Assembly (NCBI GenBank): GCA_049598335.1
Contig: JBMYNN010000001.1
Span: 16,083-80,082 of the forward strand
Length of the DNA stretch: 64,000 bases
Source of the DNA: Flavobacteriaceae bacterium
Lineage (GTDB): Bacteria; Bacteroidota; Bacteroidia; Flavobacteriales; Flavobacteriaceae
Direction: 5' to 3'
Position numbers and translations under genes: made by a program. This document shows positions 20,915-30,955 of this stretch, in pieces (positions within the stretch are counted from its first letter, which is position 1; each line of letters begins with the position of its first letter). The notes beneath the pieces were generated by a model. The model was given only the letters and a program-made list of their open reading frames with translations. It ran no database searches and was not told where the DNA came from.

Positions 20915-21608
20915 GTGGCGCTGCAGTCCACTTAATGGCCTCTTTTTTGATAGGGTGAATAATCTCTAGAGAGCGGGCATGTAAACAAATACTCCCATCT
21001 TTATTACTTCTTGCGGCCCCATATTTTAAGTCTCCTTTAATAACCATTCCTGTGGCACTTAATTGTGATCGAATTTGATGATGCCTACCAGTGAAGAGCT
21101 GTATTTTTAAGCAGCTGTAGTGGTCTAATGTATGGTGTAGTTTAAAGCTAAGCTTTGCCGCCTTACTATTAGGAACTTCCTTTAGATGAGCATAAGATTT
21201 ATTTTGCTTAGTATTGCGCACTAACCAGTGATTTAGGCTTTGTTCCTTTGGCACTTTAGTGCCTTCAACAATTGCCCAATATTCTTTTTTTGCTTCGCGT
21301 GATTTAAATTGTTCGTTTAAGCGGGTTAAGGCTTTTGAGGTACGCGCAAAGACCAAAACTCCGCTAGTGGGACGATCTAAACGGTGCACGACCCCCAGAA
21401 ATACTTCTCCCGGTTTGTTGTATTTTTTTTTGAGGTAGGCTTTCGCCAAATTTACTAAAGGGATATCTCCTGTTTTATCTCCTTGAACTAATTGTCCTGG
21501 TGCTTTATTGACCACCAGTAAATGATTGTCTTCATAGAGAATGGCAGAAGGATCTAGTGTATTAATACTGCTCTTTTTCGTTAGGGAAATCCCCAGATTT
21601 AACATCAC
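20856..21608 (-). CDS. RluA-family pseudouridine synthase
   Basis: 250 aa with the catalytic motif [14 protein letters not shown] and the N-terminal [16 protein letters not shown]. The start is uncertain, because the ORF overlaps the panB 3' end. Confidence 0.85.
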   Translation of the reverse strand: MMLNLGISLTKKSSINTLDPSAILYEDNHLLVVNKAPGQLVQGDKTGDIPLVNLAKAYLKKKYNKPGEVFLGVVHRLDRPTSGVLVFARTSKALTRLNEQFKSREAKKEYWAIVEGTKVPKEQSLNHWLVRNTKQNKSYAHLKEVPNSKAAKLSFKLHHTLDHYSCLKIQLFTGRHHQIRSQLSATGMVIKGDLKYGAARSNKDGSICLHARSLEIIHPIKKEAIKWTAAPPKDALWRVCVDADASKPSS

Positions 21609-22380
21609 CAGTATAGTGAGAAACTGCTTCGATCACAGCACTGTGTAAATCGGCATAACGGCGTAAAAAACGCGGGCTAAACTCTTTGCTCATTCCTAGC
21701 ATATCGTGTAAAACCAAGACTTGGCCATCAACATGATTTCCTGCGCCAATTCCAATAACAGGGATACTAATAGATTCTGCGACCTTTTTGGCAAGCGAGG
21801 CTGGAATCTTTTCAAGTACTACCCCAAAACAGCCCAGTTCTTCCAGCATCTTAGCATCTGAAAGTAGTTGTACCGCCTCCTCCTCTTCTTTGGCTCGAAC
21901 CGTATAGGTTCCAAATTTATAAATGGATTGTGGGGTTAAGCCTAAATGTCCCATGACAGGAATCCCAGCTTGTAAAATGCGTTCTATGGATTGTTTCTCC
22001 TGAATTCCACCTTCTAGTTTAACAGCATGTCCTCCCGATTCTTTCATAATTTTAATGGCAGATCTTAGAGCTTCTTTTGAATCAGCTTGATAAGTGCCAA
22101 AAGGAAGATCGACCACTACGAGCGCTCTTTTGGCTGCACGAACAACAGAACTAGCATGATAGATCATTTGGTCTAAGGTGATGGGTAAGGTTGTTTCGTG
22201 ACCTGCAATCACATTAGAAGCAGAATCGCCTACTAAGATTACATCAATCCCTGCAGCATCAACTAAACCCGCAAAGGTGTAGTCATATGCGGTAAGCATG
22301 GCGATTTTTTCACCATCTTGTTTCATTTGAATTAACGAATTGGTCGTAATGCGTTGATAGCTTTTTTTGGCGGTAGACAT
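21562..22380 (-). CDS. panB: 3-methyl-2-oxobutanoate hydroxymethyltransferase
   Basis: 272 aa with [25 protein letters not shown] and GHLGLTPQS motifs. Confidence 0.93.
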   Translation of the reverse strand: MSTAKKSYQRITTNSLIQMKQDGEKIAMLTAYDYTFAGLVDAAGIDVILVGDSASNVIAGHETTLPITLDQMIYHASSVVRAAKRALVVVDLPFGTYQADSKEALRSAIKIMKESGGHAVKLEGGIQEKQSIERILQAGIPVMGHLGLTPQSIYKFGTYTVRAKEEEEAVQLLSDAKMLEELGCFGVVLEKIPASLAKKVAESISIPVIGIGAGNHVDGQVLVLHDMLGMSKEFSPRFLRRYADLHSAVIEAVSHYTGDVKSGDFPNEKEQY

Positions 22381-22464
22381 CTTTATTTATTTTTCTCAAA
22401 TGTACTTCTTTTCGCATTTTAAACGAAGCTTAAAGTAAAAATTGGAACAAACTGTCTGATGATG

Positions 22465-22479
22465 CTGACAGCCTGTCAG
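22465..22479. repeat. perfect 7-1-7 inverted repeat in the panB/dnaK divergent intergenic region (candidate operator)
   Basis: CTGACAG-C-CTGTCAG read directly from the sequence. An additional near half-site, CTGTCtGA, lies at 22452-22459. Confidence 0.9.
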
Positions 22480-22534
22480 AAAATTCAATATGGCATATTC
22501 CTTGACTTATTCAGAAAAAATTAAAACCACTAAC

Positions 22535-24445
22535 ATGAGTAAAATAATTGGAATCGATTTAGGAACGACCAATTCGTGTGTTTCGGTAATGGAAGGTAAC
22601 GAACCTGTTGTTATCCCAAATGCAGAAGGAAAGCGCACCACCCCATCGGTTATTGCCTTTGTAGAAGGAGGAGAGATCAAAGTAGGTGATCCTGCCAAAC
22701 GTCAAGCCGTTACTAACCCAACTAAAACCATCGCTTCAGTAAAGCGTTTCATGGGAAACAAATATTCTGAATCTTCAAAAGAAGCTTCAACTGTGGCCTA
22801 TAAAGTAGTCAAAGGAGATAATGACACCCCTCGGGTTGATATCGACGGGCGTTTATATACCCCACAAGAATTGTCTGCCATGACCCTTCAAAAAATGAAG
22901 AAGACAGCAGAAGATTACTTAGGCCAAGATGTGACCGAGGCAGTAATTACTGTCCCAGCATATTTTAATGATGCACAACGTCAAGCGACCAAAGAAGCCG
23001 GAGAAATTGCTGGATTAAAAGTACAACGTATCATCAACGAACCAACAGCCGCAGCACTTGCCTATGGATTGGATAAAGGGGGGGCAGACCGCAAGATTGC
23101 CGTATATGATCTAGGGGGAGGAACTTTTGATATCTCTATCCTTGAATTAGGAGACGGCGTTTTCGAAGTACTGGCTACCAATGGGGATACCCACCTAGGG
23201 GGGGATGATTTTGACCAAGTCCTCATCGACTGGTTAGCTGATCAGTTCAACGAAACTGAAGGCATGGACTTACGCAAAGATCCCATGGCGCTGCAACGTT
23301 TAAAAGAAGCCGCTGAAAAAGCCAAAATCGAATTGTCTTCTTCTACCCAGACAGAGATCAATTTGCCTTATGTTACGGCAACCGACTCTGGACCAAAGCA
23401 CTTAGTTACGACCTTAACCCGTTCGAAGTTTGAACAATTGTCAGACGAGCTGGTTAAACGTTCCATGGCGCCTGTTAAAAAAGCCTTAGATGATGCCGGT
23501 TTATCTACTTCTGAAGTCGATGAAATTATACTTGTAGGAGGTTCTACACGTATCCCAATCATTCAAGAAGAAGTAGAAAAATTCTTTGGGAAAAAACCTT
23601 CAAAAGGAGTAAACCCAGACGAAGTAGTGGCCATTGGTGCTGCGATTCAAGGAGGAGTTTTAACAGGAGATGTAAAAGACGTTCTATTACTCGATGTAAC
23701 CCCACTTTCTTTAGGGATTGAAACCATGGGTAGTGTTATGACTAAACTTATTGAAGCAAATACGACCATCCCGACCAAAAAGTCACAGGTATTTTCAACT
23801 GCTGCAGATAACCAGCCTTCAGTAGAAATTCACGTCCTACAGGGAGAGCGTTCCATGGCAGCCGACAATAAGACCATTGGGCGTTTTCACCTAGATGGAA
23901 TTCCGCCTGCACCCAGAGGAACACCTCAAATTGAAGTGACCTTTGATATCGATGCGAATGGAATTATCAAGGTAACTGCGGCAGATAATGCCACTGGGAA
24001 AACCCAAGATATTCGTATCGAAGCCTCTTCTGGTTTAACCGAAGAAGAAATCGAGAAAATGAAACAAGAAGCGGAAGCCAATGCTGACGCTGATAAAAAA
24101 GCCAAAGAACAAGCCGATAAACTCAATTCGGCAGATCAAATGATTTTCCAAACCGAAAGTCAATTAAAAGAATTTGGTGAAAAACTTTCTGACGACAAGA
24201 AAAAGCCCATCGAAGAAGCTTTAGAAGAATTAAAGAAAGCGTATGAAACCAAAGACTTGGCCATTATCGATCCTGCTTTAGAAAAAATCAACGAAGCCTG
24301 GAAAGCAGCTTCTGAAGAAATGTATAAAGCCCAAGCCGAAGGACAATCGCAAGGCCAACCTGGACCAGATCCAGCAGCTAATGCGGGAGGAGATGCCACT
24401 GGTGGAGACGATGTACAAGACGTTGATTTTGAAGAAGTCAAATAA
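22535..24445 (+). CDS. dnaK: molecular chaperone DnaK (Hsp70)
   Basis: [12 protein letters not shown] and [10 protein letters not shown] are present, with an acidic C-terminus ending DVDFEEVK. Start chosen at [10 protein letters not shown]; the track ORF adds 15 upstream codons. Confidence 0.97.
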   Translation: MSKIIGIDLGTTNSCVSVMEGNEPVVIPNAEGKRTTPSVIAFVEGGEIKVGDPAKRQAVTNPTKTIASVKRFMGNKYSESSKEASTVAYKVVKGDNDTPRVDIDGRLYTPQELSAMTLQKMKKTAEDYLGQDVTEAVITVPAYFNDAQRQATKEAGEIAGLKVQRIINEPTAAALAYGLDKGGADRKIAVYDLGGGTFDISILELGDGVFEVLATNGDTHLGGDDFDQVLIDWLADQFNETEGMDLRKDPMALQRLKEAAEKAKIELSSSTQTEINLPYVTATDSGPKHLVTTLTRSKFEQLSDELVKRSMAPVKKALDDAGLSTSEVDEIILVGGSTRIPIIQEEVEKFFGKKPSKGVNPDEVVAIGAAIQGGVLTGDVKDVLLLDVTPLSLGIETMGSVMTKLIEANTTIPTKKSQVFSTAADNQPSVEIHVLQGERSMAADNKTIGRFHLDGIPPAPRGTPQIEVTFDIDANGIIKVTAADNATGKTQDIRIEASSGLTEEEIEKMKQEAEANADADKKAKEQADKLNSADQMIFQTESQLKEFGEKLSDDKKKPIEEALEELKKAYETKDLAIIDPALEKINEAWKAASEEMYKAQAEGQSQGQPGPDPAANAGGDATGGDDVQDVDFEEVK

Positions 24446-24464
24446 ACCTTTGACCTTTTGGATG

Positions 24465-24496
24465 AAAAGCGACTCCTTTTGGGGTCGCTTTTTTTT
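24465..24496 (+). terminator. rho-independent terminator after dnaK
   Basis: AAAAGCGACTCC-TTTT-GGGGTCGCTTTTTTTT: an 8-bp stem with one G-U pair, followed by a T-run, about 20 nt after the dnaK stop. Confidence 0.85.
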
Positions 24497-24783
24497 GTCA
24501 ATATTTTTTATACTTTTATTGATAATCCAAATTACATGAAACCTACTAAAGCCCTTTTCGCTTTATTGACTGTCGTTAAGCCCTTTCTTATTTTAAGGGC
24601 TGTACTTATGTTTATGCTACTCAACATTAACACAAGCTATTTGTAAAAATCTACACTTTAAGCCCCCCACGCTTTTATTTTCCTTCCACTGTTTAATCTC
24701 TAATTCAAGATCATTGCTGGTTTTGACTTTGATGTATAGTGGATCAATCGCAAATCTTTATTATTTCAACATCAACCTACATC

Positions 24784-25188
24784 ATGAAACAGTTTTACTT
24801 TTTTTCCATCGCCATAGTTTTTTTATTGCTTTCCCAAAATAGTTGGGGACAAATTAAACTAGGACAAAATCCACAAAGCATCGACCCTGCTGCTTTACTT
24901 GATCTAGAAAGTTCCACAAAAGGGCTTCTATTACCACGTCTGACCTCTGCAGAACGAGATGCTATCCCTATGGGAAGTAGTCCGGTGGGATTAGTTATTT
25001 ATAATACAGATGCGAATGAATTACAGTATTTGTTTGAAGAAACAACCACTAATGCGAAGGGAGAGCTTCGACAAGTCTTGCGCTGGGAAAGTGCAACAGA
25101 TAGTAGCATTCCTTTAACCCAACCCACCAATCCTGTCACGGCACTTCCAACTTATACTGTGAAAAAGAAGGGGGACTGTAGCCAATAA
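24784..25188 (+). CDS. small secreted hypothetical protein
   Basis: Start chosen at MKQFYFFSIAIVFLLLSQNSWGQ (signal peptide), giving about 134 aa. It contains GLLLPRLTSAERDAI...GLVIYNTD, a motif I recall from N-termini of many uncharacterised Bacteroidota surface proteins. That is memory only and not verified. Confidence 0.45.
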   Translation: MKQFYFFSIAIVFLLLSQNSWGQIKLGQNPQSIDPAALLDLESSTKGLLLPRLTSAERDAIPMGSSPVGLVIYNTDANELQYLFEETTTNAKGELRQVLRWESATDSSIPLTQPTNPVTALPTYTVKKKGDCSQ

Positions 25189-25275
25189 CAATTCCCCTTT
25201 GACCTATATGTAATCGGCCTAAAGAAAAGGGGAGTGCTCTGCGTTAAAAAGCAAAAGCTGTTTTCTTAACGCTCT

Positions 25276-25332
25276 GCCCTGTATCAAGACAAATTAAACA
25301 ATAGAAGCTACAGTTCTTGCAGGGCTTTTTTT
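25276..25332 (+). terminator. long interrupted hairpin plus T7 run (probable terminator of the 24784-25188 gene)
   Basis: GCCCTG (25276-81) pairs with CAGGGC (25320-25), and CAAGA (25285-89) pairs with TCTTG (25315-19). TTTTTTT follows at 25326-32. Confidence 0.5.
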
Positions 25333-25360
25333 ATTCACTAAATTTGAATAAAAAAAGCGC

Positions 25361-25777
25361 ATGACCAATGCAGAAAAACTGGTCTTACTCAACCAGTCCA
25401 CAAACAATTATTTACTTAAAACCCTAGAAATTTCTTTTACAGAACTAGGCGATGACTATCTCATTGCAAAAATGCCGGTCAATGAAAGCGTCTATCAACC
25501 CGATCGTGTTTTGCACGGCGGCGCCACTTTTGCCCTAGCAGAAACTGTAGGAAGTGTAGCCTCTTATATTTTCGCCAAAGGCAAAAACCAAATCGTACGT
25601 GGGATAGAAATGTCGGGCAATCATTTGCGTTCTGTTAGTAGTGGTCATGTGTATGCCAGGGCAGAAAGTATTCATAAAGGGCGTACCACCCAGATCTGGC
25701 AAATTAAAGTTACCGATGACGAAGGGCAACTAGTCTCTTTGATCAAATTAACGACCATGACCCTTCCACAAAAATAG
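25361..25777 (+). CDS. PaaI/YbdB-type hotdog thioesterase (candidate 1,4-dihydroxy-2-naphthoyl-CoA hydrolase)
   Basis: 138 aa with the HGGATFALAETVGS motif of the PaaI/EntH/MenI subfamily. It is the first gene of the men cluster. Confidence 0.75.
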   Translation: MTNAEKLVLLNQSTNNYLLKTLEISFTELGDDYLIAKMPVNESVYQPDRVLHGGATFALAETVGSVASYIFAKGKNQIVRGIEMSGNHLRSVSSGHVYARAESIHKGRTTQIWQIKVTDDEGQLVSLIKLTTMTLPQK

Positions 25778-26797
25778 ATGCAAGAATTTTTAGCAGATTT
25801 ATTACAAAAACAACACCCTTTTGTGTTCTTTCGGTTTCCGCAAGAAAAGCAGATTCACTGTTATTACCAAGTCGAAGATCAGACATACTGGACTGATAAT
25901 TTTGAAGAAGACGGTTTTGTTTTTGCCCCTTTTCTAGCCCAACAAAAACAGTTGATGATCCCGTCAACCTGCCATAAAAGTTTTAGAGCAATAACGCCAC
26001 CTTCTTCTACTAGCGTCCCACAACTTCCTCAAGAGGGTAAAACCGCCTTTACAGAAAAAGTGGCAGCAGCTGTTCATGAAATTGTTAGTACCAACCTAGA
26101 AAAAGTGGTTTTGTCCAATGCTTTTGATTTGCCCTATACAGGGGAGGGGAGTGCGATCTTTCATCGTTTAGTCAATACCTATGCGAATGCCTTTGTCTAT
26201 TATTGGTATCACCCCAAAACAGGCCAATGGTTAGGGGCTTCTCCAGAACGTTTAGTCAGCTTAGAAAACAGAGAATTTTTGACCGTTGCTTTAGCAGGTA
26301 CTTTGCCTAGCGGCGGAAGGGAATCAGACTGGACCGAAAAAGAAAAGCACGAACAGCAAATTGTTGTTGATGCTATTGTTGCTGGATTAGACCAAAGCGG
26401 TACTGCACAAAATATTCACATCGGGAAACGCTCAACCGTGCAAGCTGGACTACTTTATCATTTACAAACCCCCATTTATGCAGAAATTAAAGCGGAAAAC
26501 CTTTTGCCTTTAGTGCAATATTTGCATCCAACTCCTGCAGTGGGTGGTTTGCCTAAAGCAGCTGCAATAGATTATATTCTCAAACATGAACACTATAACA
26601 GAGACTATTACACTGGCTTTTTGGGGCCATTTTCAAAAGGGATAACCGCCCATTTCTTCGTTAACCTGCGCTGTGGGAAATTAACGGAAAATCAACTTAG
26701 GATTTATACTGGAGCAGGTATCACATCTGGCAGTAATCCTTTAAAAGAATGGGAGGAAATATGTCGCAAGGCAAACACTTTTTTATCGGTTGTATGA
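25778..26797 (+). CDS. menF: isochorismate synthase (short form)
   Basis: 339 aa with chorismate-binding motifs GASPERLVS, LHPTPAVGGLP, YTGFLGP. It starts immediately after the thioesterase stop. Confidence 0.8.
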   Translation: MQEFLADLLQKQHPFVFFRFPQEKQIHCYYQVEDQTYWTDNFEEDGFVFAPFLAQQKQLMIPSTCHKSFRAITPPSSTSVPQLPQEGKTAFTEKVAAAVHEIVSTNLEKVVLSNAFDLPYTGEGSAIFHRLVNTYANAFVYYWYHPKTGQWLGASPERLVSLENREFLTVALAGTLPSGGRESDWTEKEKHEQQIVVDAIVAGLDQSGTAQNIHIGKRSTVQAGLLYHLQTPIYAEIKAENLLPLVQYLHPTPAVGGLPKAAAIDYILKHEHYNRDYYTGFLGPFSKGITAHFFVNLRCGKLTENQLRIYTGAGITSGSNPLKEWEEICRKANTFLSVV

Positions 26798-26850
26798 TTT
26801 TTGCTTTAAAATGAAGCCGAAGCAGACACGTTTTGTATTTTTGTGGCGCT

Positions 26851-28644
26851 ATGACGAAAATGAACGAGAGCAAGGTGGAGCAATTGTACCCCTCAATTCC
26901 TTTGGCACAAACCATTGTTCAATTTTGTGCGGCTAAAAATATTCAGCATATAGTTATTTCTCCGGGCTCTCGAAATGCTCCTTTGACTAAAGGGTTTACC
27001 TCAAACCCATTTTTTACAACTTATAGTATTGTTGATGAACGTGCTGCGGCCTTCTTTGCTTTGGGGATTGCCCAGCAAATTCAACAACCTGTTGCCGTTG
27101 TTTGTACTTCTGGTTCTGCTTTGTTAAACTATTATCCCGCTGTGGCAGAAGCCTTTTACAGTGATATTCCGCTGGTAGTGCTTTCGGCAGACCGCATGCC
27201 CCACCGTATTGATATAGGGGATGGTCAAACCATTCGTCAAACAAAGGTCTTTGAACCCCATCTTGAAGCCGCAGCTTATCTAACACCAGATGTTTCTCAT
27301 GCGACTCAAACACTTTTAGCCCATCCTAGTCAGACCCTATTGTCAAAACAAGCGACTCCTAAAGAGATCGAAGAAAGACAAGAAGAAATCCAACAAGAAA
27401 ACGAAAAGGCCATCAATAAGGTACTGGATGCAGCCTTAGAGAAACGTGGGCCCGTACACCTTAATATCCCCCTAGAGGAACCTTTATACGACACCACCAC
27501 TAGCCAATTGAGCTTGCAACATTGTTTCCCTTTTAAACCTCGAGAAGCATCCCTTGATCTTACTCCTTTTTTGAATCAATGGCATAAAGCAGAGAAAAAA
27601 ATGATTTTAGTAGGGGTGCTAGCCCCTAATAGTTTAGAAGAAAAAATAGTAGATTATTTAGCTGCAGATCCCTCTGTCACAGTTTTGACAGAAACCACTT
27701 CTAATTTATCACACTACACCTTTATTCAATCCATCGATACTTTTATTGCCCCATTAGAAAAATCAGGAAAAGATTTAGGGGAATATCAACCAGAGCTTTT
27801 ATTGACCTTTGGCGGCATGGTGGTTTCTAAGAAAATTAAAGCTTTTTTAAGAGTATATTCTCCGCAGCAGCACTGGCATGTTGATCCCAAAAAAGCCTAT
27901 GATACCTATTTTTGCTTAAGCGAGCATCTTAAAATTCACCCAGCACATTTCTTTAAGGCGCTAATGGCACAAAAGCAAGAATATGTTCAAAGCAGTTATT
28001 GTGTCAATTTTCTAGCGCAGTATAACAAGCAACGCTTATTAGGACTCGATTATATAAAACAGCTTCCCTTTTCAGATTTTAAAGCGTTTGATGTAATTTT
28101 CAAGCAGTTGCCCAAAAATTATATGTTACAGTTAGCGAATAGTTCTACCATTCGCTATGCACAATTATTTTCCTTACCTGCACTAAGTGGCGTCTTTTGT
28201 AATCGCGGCACCAGCGGAATAGATGGGAGTACCTCTACTGCCATGGGCGCCGCTTGGGTAAATGAAACTGCTACCTTATTTATCACGGGAGATTTAAGTT
28301 TTTTTTATGATGTGAATGGCTTGTGGCATAAATATTTAAAACCTTCTACCCGTATCATAGTCATCAACAATCAAGGGGGAGGAATCTTCCGTATTCTCCC
28401 TGGAGAAAATGACACCCCCGCCTATGACACCTATTTTGAAACAGTTCAAAATAAATCGGTCAAGCAGATTTGTAAGCTGCATGGTTTAGGGTATCACCAT
28501 GCCTCCTCTAGTTTTAGGTTAAAATGGCAGTTAAAAAAGTTTTTCTACCCTGCTAATCGCCCTCAATTATTAGAGATAAAAACCCCTAGAAAACTAAATG
28601 ATAAAGTCTTGCTTAATTACTTCAAATCAATGCAAGCTCAATAG
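26851..28644 (+). CDS. menD: 2-succinyl-5-enolpyruvyl-6-hydroxy-3-cyclohexene-1-carboxylate synthase
   Basis: About 597 aa, ThDP enzyme (SPGSRNAPL, GTSGIDGSTSTAMG, GDLSFFYDVNG). The first ATG is at 26851; the track ORF starts at an upstream TTG. Confidence 0.88.
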   Translation: MTKMNESKVEQLYPSIPLAQTIVQFCAAKNIQHIVISPGSRNAPLTKGFTSNPFFTTYSIVDERAAAFFALGIAQQIQQPVAVVCTSGSALLNYYPAVAEAFYSDIPLVVLSADRMPHRIDIGDGQTIRQTKVFEPHLEAAAYLTPDVSHATQTLLAHPSQTLLSKQATPKEIEERQEEIQQENEKAINKVLDAALEKRGPVHLNIPLEEPLYDTTTSQLSLQHCFPFKPREASLDLTPFLNQWHKAEKKMILVGVLAPNSLEEKIVDYLAADPSVTVLTETTSNLSHYTFIQSIDTFIAPLEKSGKDLGEYQPELLLTFGGMVVSKKIKAFLRVYSPQQHWHVDPKKAYDTYFCLSEHLKIHPAHFFKALMAQKQEYVQSSYCVNFLAQYNKQRLLGLDYIKQLPFSDFKAFDVIFKQLPKNYMLQLANSSTIRYAQLFSLPALSGVFCNRGTSGIDGSTSTAMGAAWVNETATLFITGDLSFFYDVNGLWHKYLKPSTRIIVINNQGGGIFRILPGENDTPAYDTYFETVQNKSVKQICKLHGLGYHHASSSFRLKWQLKKFFYPANRPQLLEIKTPRKLNDKVLLNYFKSMQAQ

Positions 28645-28677
28645 AGATAAATGACGTAATTTTAAAACAAAAATTTC

Positions 28678-29499
28678 ATGACAGAAATCAAGTGGACCCC
28701 AATCAAAGAGTATTCAGATATTTTATTTGAAATTTACAATGGTGTAGCAAAAATCACCATAAATCGCCCAGAGGTATATAACGCTTTTCGTCCAGAGACA
28801 AACAATCAAATGCTCGAAGCAATGGACATTTGCCGTGAACGAAATGATATTGATGTAGTAGTCTTTACTGGAGCCGGTGAGAAAGCTTTTTGTAGTGGGG
28901 GAGATCAAAATGTAAAAGGAGTAGGTGGCTATGTAGGTGAAGATGGTGTACCACGCTTAAATGTCCTTGATTTACATAAAAAAATTAGAGAAATCCCTAA
29001 ACCAGTGATCGCCATGGTCAATGGTTATGCTATTGGTGGGGGACATGTTCTTCATGTAGTTTGTGATTTAACCATTGCTAGCGAGAATGCTATCTTTGGG
29101 CAAACTGGACCTAAAGTAGGGAGCTTTGATGGTGGTTTTGGTTCGTCTTATTTAGCGCGCCATGTAGGCCAAAAGAAAGCCCGTGAAATCTGGTTCTTAT
29201 GTAATCAATATTCTGCTCATGAAGCAGAAGAAATGGGGATGGTCAACAAAGTTGTGCCTCTAGCTGATCTTGAAAAGACCGTTTTAGAGTGGTGTTCCAT
29301 TATGCAGAAAAGAAGTCCGCTTGCCTTGCGAATGGTTAAGCGCTGCTTGAATGCCGAACTCGATGGACAACATGGTTTAATGCAATTAGCTGGAGATGCC
29401 ACTTTAATGTATTATTTAATGGACGAAGCACAAGAAGGGAAAAACGCCTTTTTAGACAAGCGTGATCCAGATTTTAAGCAGTATCCAAAATTCCCGTAA
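28678..29499 (+). CDS. menB: 1,4-dihydroxy-2-naphthoyl-CoA synthase
   Basis: 273 aa, crotonase fold ([28 protein letters not shown]). Confidence 0.95.
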   Translation: MTEIKWTPIKEYSDILFEIYNGVAKITINRPEVYNAFRPETNNQMLEAMDICRERNDIDVVVFTGAGEKAFCSGGDQNVKGVGGYVGEDGVPRLNVLDLHKKIREIPKPVIAMVNGYAIGGGHVLHVVCDLTIASENAIFGQTGPKVGSFDGGFGSSYLARHVGQKKAREIWFLCNQYSAHEAEEMGMVNKVVPLADLEKTVLEWCSIMQKRSPLALRMVKRCLNAELDGQHGLMQLAGDATLMYYLMDEAQEGKNAFLDKRDPDFKQYPKFP

Positions 29500-29508
29500 A
29501 TTTGTTAT

Positions 29509-30048
29509 ATGCCCTTTATAGACGAAGATCAACTTGCCACCCTCTACAAAGAAGTAGATCAAGAAAAGAAAGCTGCGGCTTTCTTTCAAGGACAGCTTCA
29601 AGAAAATAAGGCAAAATTACTTCGTTATGCTATCTACCGCATAGGATTCTTTGTTGCGCTGGCAATACTGGTCTTAGGCGGTATTTATTTTTTTGGTTTT
29701 AGTAGTGGAGTAGAAGATGACTCGGCAAGCCTTAGTCGTATTGAGCAATTGGAATTAGAAAATAAAATCTTAGGCGGAAGTACTAAGCAAATACAAGAAA
29801 CCCTAAAAACAGTAACGGTCTATACAGTACAGTTTATGGCTTCAGCGAATAGTGATATTCTTTTGTTTTCAGATAATTTTGTCAACTTTAGGGCTTATCC
29901 GCTACAAGATTTCAATGCTTTTTCTCTAGGGAATTATGCCACAGAAGATGAGGCAGAAGCTTTCCGACAGGAGTTGATTAAGCTGGGCTTGATAGATGTA
30001 TGGGTTACATCTTATAAGGCTGGAGAAAGAATTTTACTCGACAATTGA
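29509..30048 (+). CDS. membrane-anchored protein with a C-terminal SPOR-like domain
   Basis: 179 aa with one TM helice (IGFFVALAILVLGGIYFFGF). The C-terminal about 75 aa fit the SPOR pattern: YTVQFMASAN...FSLGNYATEDEAEAFRQELIKLG. Confidence 0.55.
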   Translation: MPFIDEDQLATLYKEVDQEKKAAAFFQGQLQENKAKLLRYAIYRIGFFVALAILVLGGIYFFGFSSGVEDDSASLSRIEQLELENKILGGSTKQIQETLKTVTVYTVQFMASANSDILLFSDNFVNFRAYPLQDFNAFSLGNYATEDEAEAFRQELIKLGLIDVWVTSYKAGERILLDN

Positions 30049-30953
30049 TGCAAAAAATGTCTGTTTGGCTGGCTGCAGCGCGTTTGCGAACCTTACCCCT
30101 ATCGGTTTCAGGGATTTTAATGGGCAATGGTATGGCATATTTAGAAGAGAGCTTTTCTTGGGCGGTATTTATTTTTGCCGTATTGACCACCATCGCTTTT
30201 CAAGTTTTATCGAATTTTGCCAATGATTATGGAGATGGGGTAAAAGGAACCGACAACGACCAACGTCTAGGCCCAAAACGAGTATTACAGCAGGGCTTAT
30301 TGACAAGAGCTGCTCTAAAGTGGGGAATTCAGCTTACGGCTGTGATTAGTATGTTACTAGCATTGTCTTTAATCTATTTGGCTTTTGGAAGTGCAGACTG
30401 GAGAAAAACGCTCTTTTTTGTTGCTTTAGGACTTGTTAGCATTATTGCAGCTATTAAATATACCGTTGGAGATTCTGCCTATGGGTATTATGCCTTAGGC
30501 GATGTATTTGTCTTTTTCTTTTTTGGTGGAGTGAGTGTTTTAGGCTCATATTATTTACAAACTCAAATATTTGATCTGCTGTTAATCCTACCCGCTGCAT
30601 CTATAGGATGCCTAAGTACAGCAGTATTAAATTTGAATAATTTGCGTGATATGGACAATGACCGCTTGTCCAGTAAGTTGACTATTCCATTGATTTTAGG
30701 ATTTAATAAAGGAAGGATTTATCAGGTAATTCTAATTGTTGTTGCATTTATTTCAAGTAGTATCTATGTTTTCATAAAAGCAGAAAGTATTTTGGCTTAC
30801 CTATTCCTACTTCTTTTTTTACCGCTGGGGAATCATCTTTTAAAGGTAGCTAAATCTAAGGGGGGCAAAAGTTTGGATCCAGAACTAAAGGTGGTCGCTT
30901 TAAGCACCTTCTTTTTTGCTTTAGTGTTCCTCCTTGGTTTATATTTAGATTAG
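30048..30953 (+). CDS. menA: 1,4-dihydroxy-2-naphthoate polyprenyltransferase
   Basis: UbiA family with Asp-rich motifs NFANDYGDGVKGTD and LRDMDNDR. The ATG at 30048 overlaps the preceding stop (TGATG); the track starts 3 nt earlier at TTG. Confidence 0.9.
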   Translation: MQKMSVWLAAARLRTLPLSVSGILMGNGMAYLEESFSWAVFIFAVLTTIAFQVLSNFANDYGDGVKGTDNDQRLGPKRVLQQGLLTRAALKWGIQLTAVISMLLALSLIYLAFGSADWRKTLFFVALGLVSIIAAIKYTVGDSAYGYYALGDVFVFFFFGGVSVLGSYYLQTQIFDLLLILPAASIGCLSTAVLNLNNLRDMDNDRLSSKLTIPLILGFNKGRIYQVILIVVAFISSSIYVFIKAESILAYLFLLLFLPLGNHLLKVAKSKGGKSLDPELKVVALSTFFFALVFLLGLYLD

Positions 30954-30955
30954 AG

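Noticed and set aside
24160-24501. 113-aa reverse-strand ORF rich in Ser/Ala/Pro overlapping the dnaK 3' end and its terminator. Also 22507-22698, 23368-23562 and 23926-24126.
   Set aside because: This is the antisense image of the dnaK C-terminal low-complexity ([24 protein letters not shown]) region. It runs through the dnaK terminator hairpin, so it is not a plausible gene.
24458-24646. 62-aa forward ORF immediately after dnaK.
   Set aside because: It starts inside the dnaK terminator hairpin, is AT-rich with unusual composition, and has no recognisable family. It is probably non-coding spacer.
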